A program made the translations under genes and the position numbers. A stretch of DNA of 64,000 bases from Calditrichia bacterium (GTDB lineage Bacteria; Calditrichota; Calditrichia; JAJRVZ01). The notes beneath the pieces were generated by a model. That model saw nothing but the letters and a program-made list of their open reading frames with translations, was not told the DNA's origin and ran no database searches. The DNA is taken from the NCBI GenBank assembly GCA_963777955.1, contig CAVZSQ010000021.1:122621-186620 (forward strand), read 5' to 3'. This document shows positions 43,033-54,253 of this stretch, piece after piece (within the stretch, counting starts at the first letter, position 1; every line of letters starts with the position of its first letter).

Positions 43033-43902
43033 TCAGGAATAACTTTCACCTAAATATTGCCGCAGAAATTTACTGCGGGACTGGTGGCGCAACCGGAATA
43101 GGGCTTTTTCCTTAATCTGCCTGACCCTTTCGCGTGTAATACGGTATAATTTCCCGATTTCGTCCAGATTATACTGCCGGTCGACATCCAGGCCAAAATA
43201 CAGACGCAAAATTTCCGATTCTTTCTTGGACAGCGAGCATAAGGCTCTTTTGAGTTCACTCTTCATCGATTCCTGATTCAGCGGCAGTTCCGGCGACGAG
43301 CTGGCGGAATTTTCGGTGACCGTCAGCAGGGAATTTCTATTCTCCTCGGAAATATAGGCTTCCAGTGAAAGATGCTTATTGGATAATTGCATCATGCGGG
43401 TCACTTCCAGCGGCGAAAGATCCAGTGAACTGGCTATTTCTTCGGCGGTCGGTTCCCGCTCAAATTCCTGCTCCAGCGCACTGAATTTTTTGCCTACTTT
43501 GTTCAGCGAACTGACCCGGTTTAAGGGCAATCGCACCAGGCGCGCATTCTCAATAATCGCCTGCATAATACTTTGCCGGATCCACCAGACAGCATACGAG
43601 ATAAATTTGAAACCCTTGGTCTCGTCAAAACGGTAGACGGCTTTGATTAAACCCAGGTTTCCTTCATTGATCAGATCACCCAGAGGCAGGCTATGATTTT
43701 TATATTCATAAGCAATTCGAACCACAAAACGCAGATTCGAGTGCACCATTTTCTTCAAAGCTTTCTTATCCCCTCTGCGGATGCGCCGGGCCAGAGTTAC
43801 TTCCTCTTCCGGCTTTAAAACCGGGATAGAAGCGATCTCATCAAAATAGGATTCCAATGATGAATCCTGCTCTCTGCCTGGTTGTGATTTTGACTCTTGC
43901 AT
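43033..43902 (-). CDS. RpoD/SigA-family sigma70 factor lacking region 1.1
   Basis: NLRFVV, DLINEGNLGL, FKFISYAVWWIRQ, TRERVRQI. Confidence 0.92.
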   Translation of the reverse strand: MQESKSQPGREQDSSLESYFDEIASIPVLKPEEEVTLARRIRRGDKKALKKMVHSNLRFVVRIAYEYKNHSLPLGDLINEGNLGLIKAVYRFDETKGFKFISYAVWWIRQSIMQAIIENARLVRLPLNRVSSLNKVGKKFSALEQEFEREPTAEEIASSLDLSPLEVTRMMQLSNKHLSLEAYISEENRNSLLTVTENSASSSPELPLNQESMKSELKRALCSLSKKESEILRLYFGLDVDRQYNLDEIGKLYRITRERVRQIKEKALFRLRHQSRSKFLRQYLGESYS

Positions 43903-44214
43903 TGGTTTACCTCATTCATTTATTTAACACTTTTGCCAAATGAAATAAGGTGCCGTGATAATCAAACCGGCCAATATGCTCTGCGGCGACCTCGTACTGA
44001 TTTTCTCTTAACTGAGCTGATACCTCTCGGGCACTATTCCCTATTATCGGTAATCTTGAATTCAAAATAAAAGAGTTGGTCAGAATCCTGCCAGTTATTT
44101 GTACCACGGATTTCTAAATTACAGGACTAAACCGTTGCTGAATTTTATATTGATATAAATTTGTATATTCACTATTTTGGAATACCAAATTTGCCGGTGC
44201 ATGCAAACCTGTTC

Positions 44215-45480
44215 ATGAAGATTTTATATTATAACTCAAAAGGTCAATTGTGTCTCGATAAGATTCCCTTAGCACTGCTATGTAAAAAAATTGCCACCCC
44301 TTTCTATATATATAGCCAGGCGGAAATTCAAAGAAACTGCCAGGAAGTTTACCGGCTGGCCGGCGGTTTTGATTTCCTGCCCTGTTATGCCCTGAAAGCA
44401 AATTATAATCCACAGTTGCTCAAACTTATCCGGTCATTTAATTTCGGTGCGGATGTGGTATCGGCGGGTGAATTATACTTCGCTAAAAAGTGCGGTTTTC
44501 CGGCCAAGCGGATAGTTTTCGCCGGAGTCGGCAAAACTGCTGCCGAGATTGAATCGGCGATCAAGACCGGTATTCATTCCCTTAACATCGAATCGGAAGC
44601 CGAATTAGAACTGCTTGACCGGATTACCCGCCGTCTGAAAAAACAGGTCAGCGTGGCTCTACGTATCAATCCCGATATCGATCCACGCACCCACCCTTAC
44701 ATTTCCACCGGTCTGTTGACAAATAAATTCGGCATCACTAAAGAGCTGGCCTTGCGCCTGTATCTGCAACTGCAACGGCATCCTTATATCAACACCCGGG
44801 GTATTCATGTCCATATCGGATCACAGATAACACGTGCCGAACCCTATTTGCAAACCGCCCGATTCCTGCTCCATTTCCGCCGGACCTTGCAGCAAAAAGG
44901 TATAGAGATTGAATTTATTGATCTGGGAGGCGGCATCGGTCTCAATTACCAGAACCAACTGGATGATGCCGGCAGGTCCCGTACCTATCTTCAGTCCATT
45001 CTGCCCAAATTACTCGGTTGTTTCAAGAACGAACCGGTCAAACTGATAATCGAACTCGGCCGGTCTATTATCGGTAGTGCCGGCCTGTTGATCTCAAAAG
45101 TTTTATACGTTAAAGAAGGTCCGCTAAAAAAGTTTATCATTATTGATGCCGGAATGAATAATCTCATTCGACCCAGTTTGTACCATGCTTATCATCAGAT
45201 TGTACCTTTAATCAAAAACGAGCGAACTCAGGAAAAGGTCGATATTGTCGGACCGCTGTGTGAAACATCGGATGTTTTTGCCAAAGGGCGCATATTAAGC
45301 CCTTTACAACATGGTGATATTATTGCAATTACAGGCGCTGGCGCATATGCCCAGGCCAGTTCTTCCAATTATAACCTGCGGCCGACCCTGCTGGAATATC
45401 TGGTAGACGGTTCCAGAGTTAAAAAGATCTTCGCCGGTGTAATGATAAAAGATATTGCCGCTAAATATTCGTGGAAATGA
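44215..45480 (+). CDS. lysA: Diaminopimelate decarboxylase
   Basis: YALKAN, HIGSQI, DLGGG, GPLCET. Confidence 0.94.
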   Translation: MKILYYNSKGQLCLDKIPLALLCKKIATPFYIYSQAEIQRNCQEVYRLAGGFDFLPCYALKANYNPQLLKLIRSFNFGADVVSAGELYFAKKCGFPAKRIVFAGVGKTAAEIESAIKTGIHSLNIESEAELELLDRITRRLKKQVSVALRINPDIDPRTHPYISTGLLTNKFGITKELALRLYLQLQRHPYINTRGIHVHIGSQITRAEPYLQTARFLLHFRRTLQQKGIEIEFIDLGGGIGLNYQNQLDDAGRSRTYLQSILPKLLGCFKNEPVKLIIELGRSIIGSAGLLISKVLYVKEGPLKKFIIIDAGMNNLIRPSLYHAYHQIVPLIKNERTQEKVDIVGPLCETSDVFAKGRILSPLQHGDIIAITGAGAYAQASSSNYNLRPTLLEYLVDGSRVKKIFAGVMIKDIAAKYSWK

Positions 45481-45483
45481 CAC

Positions 45484-46596
45484 ATGGGTCCCACTGCTGT
45501 CTATATCAATCACCGTAACCTGCAGCATAATATCAACCTGATTCGCCGGGTGGTCGGTCAGAAAAAAATTATGGCGGTGGTCAAAGCCAATGCTTATGGG
45601 CACGGGGATGTTGAGGTGGCCAACACTGCCCTGCAAAGCGGTTGTGAATATCTGGGAGTATCATTTGCTGAAGAAGGAATCCGCTTACGCCAGGCTAAAA
45701 TAACTGCCCCTATCCTGGTTTTCGGTGCACATTTAAATAACTGCCTGGCCCAGGCTATCCGTTATAATCTCGAAGTGACTGTCACCGCCGATTCACAAAT
45801 TTCATACCTTAAAAAAATCAGCGAACAGCTGCGGGTTAAAATTCCGGTTCATTTAAAGATTGATACCGGGATGAACCGGGTTGGATATCACTATGAAAAC
45901 TTCGAGCGCGGTTTAAGCGCAATTTTACGCAGCCGCTACCTGCAGTTAAAGGGTGTCTACTCACATTTCTCCACCTCCGAGGACGATAATCCTGCTTTCG
46001 CCCGGCTGCAAATAAAGCGATTTGATCAAGTCAGAAGTTATATCCAGCAGCAGGTCAAAGATAGAATCCTCTTTCATATGGCCAATTCCGGGGCAATCAT
46101 GAAATTCCCCCAATCCTATTATGATATGGTACGGCCGGGAATTATGCTTTATGGCTGCTTTCCAACCCCCCGCTTTTCCTGTTCCTGGAGACTAAAAGAG
46201 GTCATGTCGCTGGAATCCAAACTGAGTTTAATAAAATTAGTGCGTAAAAATGAATCTATTAGTTATGGCCGGCGTTATACTACTGAAGAAGATACACTTA
46301 TAGGCATCATACCGATCGGTTATGCCGACGGGTTCAGCAGGCAAAATACCAACCAGGCTGAAGTATTGATCAAAAGCAACCGGTATCCTTTGGTTGGAAC
46401 GGTGTGTATGGATATGGTCATGGTCAATCTTGGTAAAAAAATAAACTGTAAAATTGGCGATAAAGTCGTAATTTATGGACGAAATGGCCGGAACAGCATT
46501 TTAATCAACGAGGTTGCTGATCGCTTGAAAACTATCGCCTATGAAATTACCTGTAGCGTATCTCCCCGGGTACCACGTATACACCTTTACGCATAA
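45484..46596 (+). CDS. alr: Alanine racemase
   Basis: AVVKANAYGHG, KIDTGMNR, GYADG, VCMD. Confidence 0.96.
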   Translation: MGPTAVYINHRNLQHNINLIRRVVGQKKIMAVVKANAYGHGDVEVANTALQSGCEYLGVSFAEEGIRLRQAKITAPILVFGAHLNNCLAQAIRYNLEVTVTADSQISYLKKISEQLRVKIPVHLKIDTGMNRVGYHYENFERGLSAILRSRYLQLKGVYSHFSTSEDDNPAFARLQIKRFDQVRSYIQQQVKDRILFHMANSGAIMKFPQSYYDMVRPGIMLYGCFPTPRFSCSWRLKEVMSLESKLSLIKLVRKNESISYGRRYTTEEDTLIGIIPIGYADGFSRQNTNQAEVLIKSNRYPLVGTVCMDMVMVNLGKKINCKIGDKVVIYGRNGRNSILINEVADRLKTIAYEITCSVSPRVPRIHLYA

Positions 46597-46611
46597 TTGG
46601 GAGGAATTTAA

Positions 46612-47454
46612 ATGAAAATCTTAATCGCTCTGCTGATATCGTTTTTGTGCCTGTATATTTCTCCGCTTCCGGCTCAGGTGTTGCGTACCAGCGTAGAGGT
46701 CGATTTTCTGCATTTATCTACCGATGAACAACAGTATTTAAAAGATTTTAAGGGAGCAGTGGAAGATTATTTCAACAATTATGCCTGGACCGAAGATGAA
46801 TACGAAACTGATATCACTGTCAGTATTTATATTATTATTGAAACTGTCCGGCAAAAAAGTTTTGAGAAAATATATAAAGCACAGTTCCAGATTAAAAGTA
46901 TTTCCGGTGAAAGCTTTTACGATAAAGAGTGGGAATTCCCCTATCAACCGTCCTCGGTGATGGAGCATAATAAAATGCAGTTCGATCCGCTCACTAATTT
47001 CTTTGATTTCTATGCCGCGCTGATCCTGGCCGGGGAATTGGATACTTACGGGGAATTATTGGGCACATCTTACTATAATAATGCCCAGGATATTGCCAAT
47101 CGCGGTATCCTGAGCCAGTATCCGCGGGGCTGGAGTAACCGGCTTGTTGAATTACAGAAAATAACCCACAGTTATACCCTGCCGTTGCGCCAGACTAAAC
47201 CCAATTTCTTCGAAGCGGAATATCTGGTCAAGCAGGGTAAACTGAAAGAAGCCCGGGCTTACGGTCAAAAAGTTATGGAGGCTATTGAAGAAGTTGTACA
47301 GCAGCAGCCTAATAACAAATACCTCAAGATGTTTTTCGATGCCCATTATGTCACTTTTGCCGAAATCTTTCGCGGTGACCTGGAAACACTGGATGTACTG
47401 ACGCGTTATGATTCTCCTCATCGCGACACTTACCAGGCGATGATGAATGAATAG
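46612..47454 (+). CDS. DUF4835-like exported protein
   Basis: Signal peptide; DYFNNYAWT, FDFYAALIL, GW motifs recalled from this family. Confidence 0.65.
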   Translation: MKILIALLISFLCLYISPLPAQVLRTSVEVDFLHLSTDEQQYLKDFKGAVEDYFNNYAWTEDEYETDITVSIYIIIETVRQKSFEKIYKAQFQIKSISGESFYDKEWEFPYQPSSVMEHNKMQFDPLTNFFDFYAALILAGELDTYGELLGTSYYNNAQDIANRGILSQYPRGWSNRLVELQKITHSYTLPLRQTKPNFFEAEYLVKQGKLKEARAYGQKVMEAIEEVVQQQPNNKYLKMFFDAHYVTFAEIFRGDLETLDVLTRYDSPHRDTYQAMMNE

Positions 47455-47459
47455 ATCGC

Positions 47460-48675
47460 TTATTTGCTTTTTACCTTAGCGAATTTTCTTTTACCGACTT
47501 TCAGGATAATCTCCCTATTCAGCGATATATTTTTGAAGGGATCCTCAATCCGTTCATTATCGATAGTCACGCCTCCCTGTTGAATCAACCGGCGTGCTTC
47601 ACCTCTTGGAAACAGCAGTTTTGGTTATCAATAGCAAATCATCCAGACGGTATGATTTATGCGGTAATATAAATTCCGGCATATCGGCCGGTAATTTCTT
47701 ATCAATAAAGATCTGGTCGAATTCCTCTTCCGCGGCCTGGGCGGCCTGGGCATCATGATACATCCGCACCAGTGTACGGGCCAGATAGCGCTTGACATCA
47801 CGCGGATTGGTCTGCGGATTTTCCAGTTGTTTTTTAATCCTGACCAGTTCGCCCAGATCAACATCGCTGATCAATTCAAAATAGGGATAAATCAACTGAT
47901 CCGGAATCGAGAGGGTTTTGCCGTAGATCTCTTTAGGCGGTTCATCAATACCGATATAATTGCCCAATGATTTACTCATCCGCTGAACCCCATCGACCCC
48001 TGCCAGCACCGGCAGGGTCAGCACGATCTGTTCTTCTTTACCGAATTCTTTCTGAATCTGCCGGGCTATGACCAGGTTGAATTTTTGTTCGGTAGCGCCC
48101 AATTCCACATCGGCATCGATCATCACCGAGTCATAGCCCTGCATCAGCGGATAGAAAAATTCATGAATGCTGATCGGTAATTGATTTTTGTACCGGTTGG
48201 CAAAATCATCCCGCTCCAGCATGCGGGCCACGGTAAATTTGGCGGCCAGTTCCATTATTTGCTCGAAGGTCAGTTTGCTGAACCATTCACCGTTATAGCG
48301 AATGATGGTTTTACGCTCGTCCAGTATTTTAAAAAACTGCTGCTGGTAGGTGCGGGCATTGGTCATCACCTGCTCGTGGGTAAGCCGCGGACGGGTGGAA
48401 TTTTTTTCGGAAGGGTCGCCGACCATGGCCGTATAATCGCCGATAATCACGACGACCTGATGACCCAATTCTTCAAACTGCTTCAATTTGCGGATTCCGA
48501 CCGTATGGCCGAGATGTATATCAGGGGCTGTAGGATCAAAGCCCTGCTTGATGATCAAAGGCTTATTGTGTTTTAAAGATTTCTCCAGTTTGCGGACCAG
48601 TTCATCTTCAGGCAACAATTCGACCGTACCACGGCGAATAACATCCATCTGTTCATTCAGCGGGGGAAACGACAT
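47460..48675 (-). CDS. tyrS: Tyrosine--tRNA ligase (frameshift near 47600 before the S4 domain)
   Basis: GFDPTAPDIHLGH, YPLMQGYD, RMSKS; S4 tail EARRLIQQGGV..KVGKRKF in the other frame. Confidence 0.95.
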
Positions 48676-48724
48676 GACTACTCCTTGATTTGCATTCTGA
48701 AATCCATATCCGGTTCTAACTCAA

Positions 48725-49187
48725 CTATAATTTGAATTTATATTTTTTTTGTTCACGCTCCATATCGCGCTGGGCATCACGTTTGGCGATCGCCTCTTTT
48801 TTATCATACTGACGCTTGCCGCGGGCCAGACCCAGATCGACTTTTACAATATTTTTCTTAAAATAAAGCCGCAGCGGAATCAGCGTAAATCCTTTTTCTT
48901 CGACCCGCCGGGTTAGTTTTCTGATCTCACTTCGCTTTAATAACAATTTCCGTTCCCGCAGGGGGTCGAGTTGTCTGAATTGTATTTTTTTCATATGGCG
49001 AAATGTGCATGCCGATCACCCAGACTTCCCGCTGCCTGACCACTGCGTAGGCATCGCCCAGATTTGCCCGGCCGGCCCGCAGGGATTTGACTTCACTGCC
49101 CAGCAGCACCAGTCCGGCTTCCACGTTTTCCAGGATCTCATACTCATGCCTGGCTTTACGATTTGTTACTATTACTTTCTCTTCCAT
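48725..49187 (-). CDS. smpB: SsrA-binding protein SmpB (frameshift near 48985)
   Basis: [28 protein letters not shown]. Confidence 0.95.
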
Positions 49188-49308
49188 TTGCTGCAATTAT
49201 TAAACAAGTTTGCATTATAATTAAATAATCAGGCTCGGTCAAGCCCTGTATAGAATTTATTGATTTTAGAAATCATGCTAAGTATATTTATTCGTTTTGC
49301 GAAGCTTT

Positions 49309-49392
49309 GCGAAAGTGGCGGAACTGGTAGACGCGCTAGGTTCAGGGTCTAGTGGACGTACGTCCATGGGGGTTCAAGTCCCCCCTTTCGCA
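49309..49392 (+). tRNA. tRNA-Leu(CAG)
   Basis: GCGAAAG/CTTTCGC acceptor stem, anticodon arm CTAGG-TTCAGGG-TCTAG, long variable arm, GGTTCAAGTCC; CCA not encoded. Confidence 0.95.
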
Positions 49393-49496
49393 CTAATATA
49401 ACAAACATACCAAATCCGATCTATTCTCCCATTAATTAAAATACTAAATTCGACTTCTGGCTTGAACTATTTTATCAGGGGAAAGGTAACCGGGAT

Positions 49497-50984
49497 ATGA
49501 AAATCAGACTTATTTTTACACTCCTATTGGTTTTGATCTTTTTTAATTCTGCTGCGGCCCAGTCTAAATATGCTAATTTAGCTAAAGTTGTCAAACAGGC
49601 GGCCGGCACCCCCGGTCTGATGTCTGGTCAATGGAGTATGTATGCCATTAACAGCAAAACCGGAGAGGTACTGGTCGATATCAACAGCCATCAGGGTATG
49701 GCACCGGCATCCAATCTGAAATTGATCACTTCGGCAGCAGCACTGGAATTGCTGGGCGAAGGCTATACTTTTTACACTTATCTTAAATATGACGGCAGCA
49801 TCGATCCCGCCGGACAGTTGCAGGGTAATCTGTATATCTGCGGTGAAGGGGATCCTACCCTGGGTTCAGCGGAAATGGAAGGGGTTTTGGCCCTGGATTC
49901 GATGATGCAGGATTGGACCAGCCGGATCGGCACTCTGGGGATCAAGAGTATCAACGGTAATATTATCGCGGATGACTCCTTCCTCGATTATATGCCCACA
50001 CCGGCCAGCTGGTTCTGGAATGATATCGGCAATTATTATGGCGCCGGAACCAGTGGTTTATGCATTAATGAAAACCTTTACTACCTGTACTTCCGGCCGG
50101 GGAAAAAGGTCGGCGATCCGGCTATTATCCTGCGCATGGAGCCCGATGTCCCGGGCATCCAGTTCATCAATCATATGAAAACCGGTGCCGTGGGTTCCGG
50201 TGATAACGGCTATATTTATCACGCTCCCTGGCAGTGGCTGCATCAGTTGGAAGGAACCATCCCGGCCGAAGTCAACGAATTTTCCATCAAAGGTTCTCTG
50301 CCGGATCCGGCCAAGTTTGCCGCCCAGTATTTAAAAAACAAACTGATTGCCGGCGGTATTGCTGTCAGCGGTGAAGCCCTGACCATCCGTGAAGCAGCGC
50401 CGGGCAATACCAAACGAATAACTTTCTATATCATCTCTTCCCCGCCTTTAAAAAACATAATCCAGCGGTTGAATAAAAAGAGCATTAATATTTATGCCGA
50501 GCAAATTTTAAAAATTATGGGTAAACAGGCCTCTGGCGGCAGCGGCAACACCGATCTGGAATCATCGTTACAGGTGGTGAAAGACTGGCTGCAAAAGAAC
50601 GGCATCGCCACCGACGGGCTGTTTATCCATGATGGTTCCGGATTATCCTGGCTAAACCGTATAACCACAATCAGTTTTGTACAACTGCTGGATATCCTGA
50701 CCAAGAAACCTTACTTTAATACTTTTTACAATTCCCTGCCGATCGCCGGTGATACAGCCGATAGTGGAACTCTGAAAAATTTTTGCCGTGGTACCAAAGC
50801 GGCCAAAAATCTGCGGGCCAAAACCGGAGGCATTGAACGCGTCCGTACTCACACCGGTTATGTCCGCACCCAGAGAGGGGATCTGGTTTGTTTTTCCATG
50901 ATGGCCAACGATTTCAGCGGGGCAGGACGAGTGATAGAATTATTGCATGAAAAGATCATGATTCAGCTGGCGGAACTGCCCTGA
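49497..50984 (+). CDS. dacB: D-Ala-D-Ala carboxypeptidase/endopeptidase (PBP4, S13)
   Basis: PASNLK (SxxK), SIN, DGSGLS, KTG; signal peptide. Confidence 0.93.
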   Translation: MKIRLIFTLLLVLIFFNSAAAQSKYANLAKVVKQAAGTPGLMSGQWSMYAINSKTGEVLVDINSHQGMAPASNLKLITSAAALELLGEGYTFYTYLKYDGSIDPAGQLQGNLYICGEGDPTLGSAEMEGVLALDSMMQDWTSRIGTLGIKSINGNIIADDSFLDYMPTPASWFWNDIGNYYGAGTSGLCINENLYYLYFRPGKKVGDPAIILRMEPDVPGIQFINHMKTGAVGSGDNGYIYHAPWQWLHQLEGTIPAEVNEFSIKGSLPDPAKFAAQYLKNKLIAGGIAVSGEALTIREAAPGNTKRITFYIISSPPLKNIIQRLNKKSINIYAEQILKIMGKQASGGSGNTDLESSLQVVKDWLQKNGIATDGLFIHDGSGLSWLNRITTISFVQLLDILTKKPYFNTFYNSLPIAGDTADSGTLKNFCRGTKAAKNLRAKTGGIERVRTHTGYVRTQRGDLVCFSMMANDFSGAGRVIELLHEKIMIQLAELP

Positions 50985-51024
50985 ATTATACAGGATATGT
51001 TTATTTCTTCCGGTTTATTGAGAA

Positions 51025-51111
51025 AATTCCCCCTTAGAAAGGGGGTAAGGGGGTTGTAAAACTTAATCAAGTATTAGACAACCCCCTACCCCCCTTTATT
51101 AAGGGGGAATT
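51025..51111. repeat. REP doublet: inverted pair of CCCCCTT-n-AAGGGGG palindromes
   Basis: AATTCCCCCTTAGAAAGGGGGTAAGGGGGTTGT ... ACAACCCCCTACCCCCCTTTATTAAGGGGGAATT. Confidence 0.85.
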
Positions 51112-51144
51112 AGTTCCCTAAAATGGATAATCGAGTTAAGACTG

Positions 51145-52883
51145 ATGAATAAAAAAGAAGTAGCTCAGGTCCTGGAGAGTATCGCTACCATCCTGGATTT
51201 AAAAGGGGAAAATCCCTTCAAATCCAGAGCCTATTACAATGCCGCCCGAATTATCGATACCCTGAATGAAGATATCGGCCAGCTGGTGGAAAGAGGTACT
51301 CTGGCTGAATTGAAAGGTATTGGCAGCGCTCTGGCCGAAAAAATAACCACCCTGGTAAAAACCGGACAACTCCCTTACTACGAAAATTTAAAAACCAGCG
51401 TACCGGCAGGATTGTTCGATCTGCTGTCCATACCCGGACTGGGCGCTAAAAAAGTCAAAGCCATTTATGAAAAATTAAATATTACCACAATAGGTGAACT
51501 GGAGTATGCCTGCCGGGAAAACCGTCTGCGTGAACTCGACGGTTTTGGTCAAAAAAGCCAGGAGAAAATATTACAGGGCATTGAACTGCACAAGCAGTAC
51601 AGGGAAAGATTTCTATTTCCGGTTGCCGCGGCAGAAGCACAATCATTGCTGGACTTATCTGCAGCAGAATAGGACAGTTCAAACGATTGGAAGTGGCCGG
51701 CAGTTTACGCCGTAAAAAAGAAACTATTAAAGATATCGACATTGTGGCCAGCTGCCTGCCAAAAAACAACCAGGCTTTGATGGAATATTTTATTCAGTTC
51801 GCAAACAGTCAACAGGTTATAAATCAGGGCAGCACCAAATCAACAATCGTCCTGAAATCTGGGTCTACAGGCTGATCTGCGGTTGGTCACGGATGATGAA
51901 TTTCCGTTCCTGCTGCACCATTCCACCGGCAGCAAAGAACACAATACCGCCATGCGCACGCTGGCCAAAACGAAAAATTTAAAAATGAATGAATACGGTC
52001 TGTTTAAAGGGAATAAGAAAATAGCCTGCCGCAACGAAGAGGAGATCTTCCGCACCCTGGGTATGCAATTCATACCCCCTGAACTGCGTGAAGACCTGGG
52101 CGAAATCGAAGCCGCGCAAAAGAATGCTTTACCGCAACTGTACGACGGCAATCCCTTTCATGGGATTTTTCATATACACAGTAATTACAGCGACGGCTCC
52201 AACTCCCTGGCCGAGATTGCAGCCTATTGCCGGAAACAGGGCTGGCAATACGTGGGAATCTGCGACCACAGTAAATCCGCATTTTACGCTCATGGACTCG
52301 ATGAAAAGCGGGTGGCTCAGCAACAGCGGGAAATCGATGACCTGAATAGCAAGAATAAATCTTTCCGGATATTAAAAGGTATCGAGGTGGATATCCTGGC
52401 GGATGGGAAACTGGATTTTGCCGATAAACTTCTAAGCACCTTCGATTTTGTAATCGCCTCGGTGCACAGTCTTTTTAATCTGGATATCGAAAGCATGACT
52501 GCGCGTATTTGCCGGCGCTGGAAAATCCTTATGTGACCATGCTGGGACATCCCACCGGCAGATTATTATTAGGCCGGGAAGCCTACCCGGTTAATATGGA
52601 ACAGGTGATTAAAACAGCGTCAAAGTACGGGAAAATTATCGAGATAAATTGCAATCCTTTCCGGCTGGATCTGGACTGGCGCTACGGTAAACTGGCCAAA
52701 TCTTTATCGGTTAAAACCGCTTTAAATCCCGATGCGCACGCCCTGGAGGGTATTGACGATTATATTTACGGTATCGGAATAGCACGCAAGGGCTGGTTTG
52801 AAACAGCGGATATACTGAATAGTGACGATCTTCAGAACGTGCAGAAGATTTTTGAGCAAATCCGTTCTTCGCAGGTCGGATAA
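51145..52883 (+). CDS. polX: DNA polymerase X / PHP 3'-5' exonuclease (three frameshifts)
   Basis: GENPFKSRAY, IPGLGAK, AGSLRR..DID, TGSKEHN, HIHSNYSDG, GHPTGR, PDAH. Confidence 0.92.
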
Positions 52884-52936
52884 TAATATCCATTGTGCCC
52901 GCCTTATACGGTTCATGACAGTATGAATTTAACATT

Positions 52937-53023
52937 TATCCCGTAGGGATATAATGAAAATAGCCCGGCAATTTATTGCCGGGTAAAATGTACCAAATAA
53001 TTTTCAACCGTCCCGTCGGGACG
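52937..53023. repeat. REP-like triple-hairpin element
   Basis: TATCCC-GTA-GGGATA, CCCGGCAAT-TT-ATTGCCGGG, CGTCCC-GTC-GGGACG. Confidence 0.8.
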
Positions 53024-53137
53024 AAATAGTAAAATTTTATTAAATACAATATATAAATTTTATCACCCGCCTCTTGGCTGACACCCGGATCTGCCGGGCC
53101 CTGCCATGCGCCAGGCAGGCGCCGGTGGCAAATTGAT

Positions 53138-53293
53138 TATTTTGTCCCGTCAGGGACAAAATATTTGTAGAAAAGCAATATCACCCTGATTTATACAGAG
53201 TGCTGTCAGGCACGAAATATGTCGCCCCTGACGGGGCTGCAAATAATTTTGGAGATTTTTCGATCTATAAATATTTCATCCCTGACGGGATGA
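53138..53293. repeat. REPIN/MITE-like four-hairpin element, copy A
   Basis: TATTTTGTCCC-GTCA-GGGACAAAATA ... GTGCTGTCAGGCAC ... GCCCCTGACGGGGC ... TCATCCC-TGAC-GGGATGA; similar to the reverse complement of 59834-59976. Confidence 0.85.
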
Positions 53294-53483
53294 TGATTGA
53301 ACCGTAAACCGGGTCGGACCTGACTTTTATATTAATTTTATTAGAGTTACATATATAAATGACCCATTTTCAGGCCTTAAAGGCCCCTTTTTAGCCCCAA
53401 AAATATTACATAGAAATCATTCGAACTATCTAAAATTGTATTATTACTTGTATTTTTTAAGTATCAATATTATATTCTAATCA

Positions 53484-53508
53484 AATATATGACTATTGGT
53501 CATATATT
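53484..53508. promoter_or_regulatory. Probable TetR operator
   Basis: Perfect inverted repeat AATATATGAC-N5-GTCATATATT 31 nt upstream of the tetR start. Confidence 0.7.
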
Positions 53509-53539
53509 ATACATTGGTACATTTTAACACCAGGGATTT

Positions 53540-54175
53540 ATGGGTACTTTAGAACGACGGGGACGAGAAAAGGAACACCGCCGCAACGAGATTATCGATG
53601 CGGCTGAAAAAGTGTTCTTTTCCAGAGGCCTGGACACTTCAACGATGGATGATGTGGCTCAGGCTGCCGAACTCAGCAAAGGTACCATCTATCTCTATTT
53701 TAAAACCAAAGAAGAACTATACTTATCCATTCACCTGCGCGGTAATAAAATATTAAAGACAATGTTCGAACAGGCAGCCGCTGCTTACCACACCGGAATT
53801 GAAAGAGTACGAGCCATCGGCCAGGCTTATTTCAAATTCTTTGAACAATACCCGGATTACTTTCATGCCCTGGTTTATTATGAATCACGCCAGATTCCAC
53901 ACGAGGACGATGACTCGGTTGCGGCTGCCTGCCTGCGTGAGGGAAATGCCTCGCTGGATATTCTGATTCAATCTATAATTATTGGCATTAATGACGGTTC
54001 CATTCGTAAAAATATCGACCCCCTTAAAACAGCCATCAGTTTATGGGGAGAATCGACGGGTATGATCCAGTTAATTGCCATGCATAAAGGCATATTTGTG
54101 GAACATTATAACGTTCAAGCCAAAGACCTAATCGAATATACTTTTGACCTGATCTATCATTCATTAAAACCATAA
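53540..54175 (+). CDS. TetR/AcrR family regulator
   Basis: IIDAAEKVF..TMDDVAQAAELSKGTIYLYFKTKEEL HTH. Confidence 0.95.
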   Translation: MGTLERRGREKEHRRNEIIDAAEKVFFSRGLDTSTMDDVAQAAELSKGTIYLYFKTKEELYLSIHLRGNKILKTMFEQAAAAYHTGIERVRAIGQAYFKFFEQYPDYFHALVYYESRQIPHEDDDSVAAACLREGNASLDILIQSIIIGINDGSIRKNIDPLKTAISLWGESTGMIQLIAMHKGIFVEHYNVQAKDLIEYTFDLIYHSLKP

Positions 54176-54253
54176 TTAAAATAAAGGTGCATCCTGAACT
54201 GATCGATTTGTAGATACATTGAATATACACATCAACCCAGGCATGAGGTTTTT

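Noticed and set aside
43916..44107. 63-aa ORF and sigma54-like GGCAC motifs upstream of the sigma factor
   Set aside because: No SD or homology cues, and the -12 TTGC element is absent; likely a divergent promoter region.
49309..49392. tRNA-Leu as attachment site of an integrated island
   Set aside because: No integrase next to it and no duplicated tRNA 3' end seen in the window.
51145..52883. PolX as part of an NHEJ or defence system causing the nearby microhomology deletions
   Set aside because: No Ku, LigD or partner genes adjacent; stand-alone PolX-PHP is common and the link is purely speculative.
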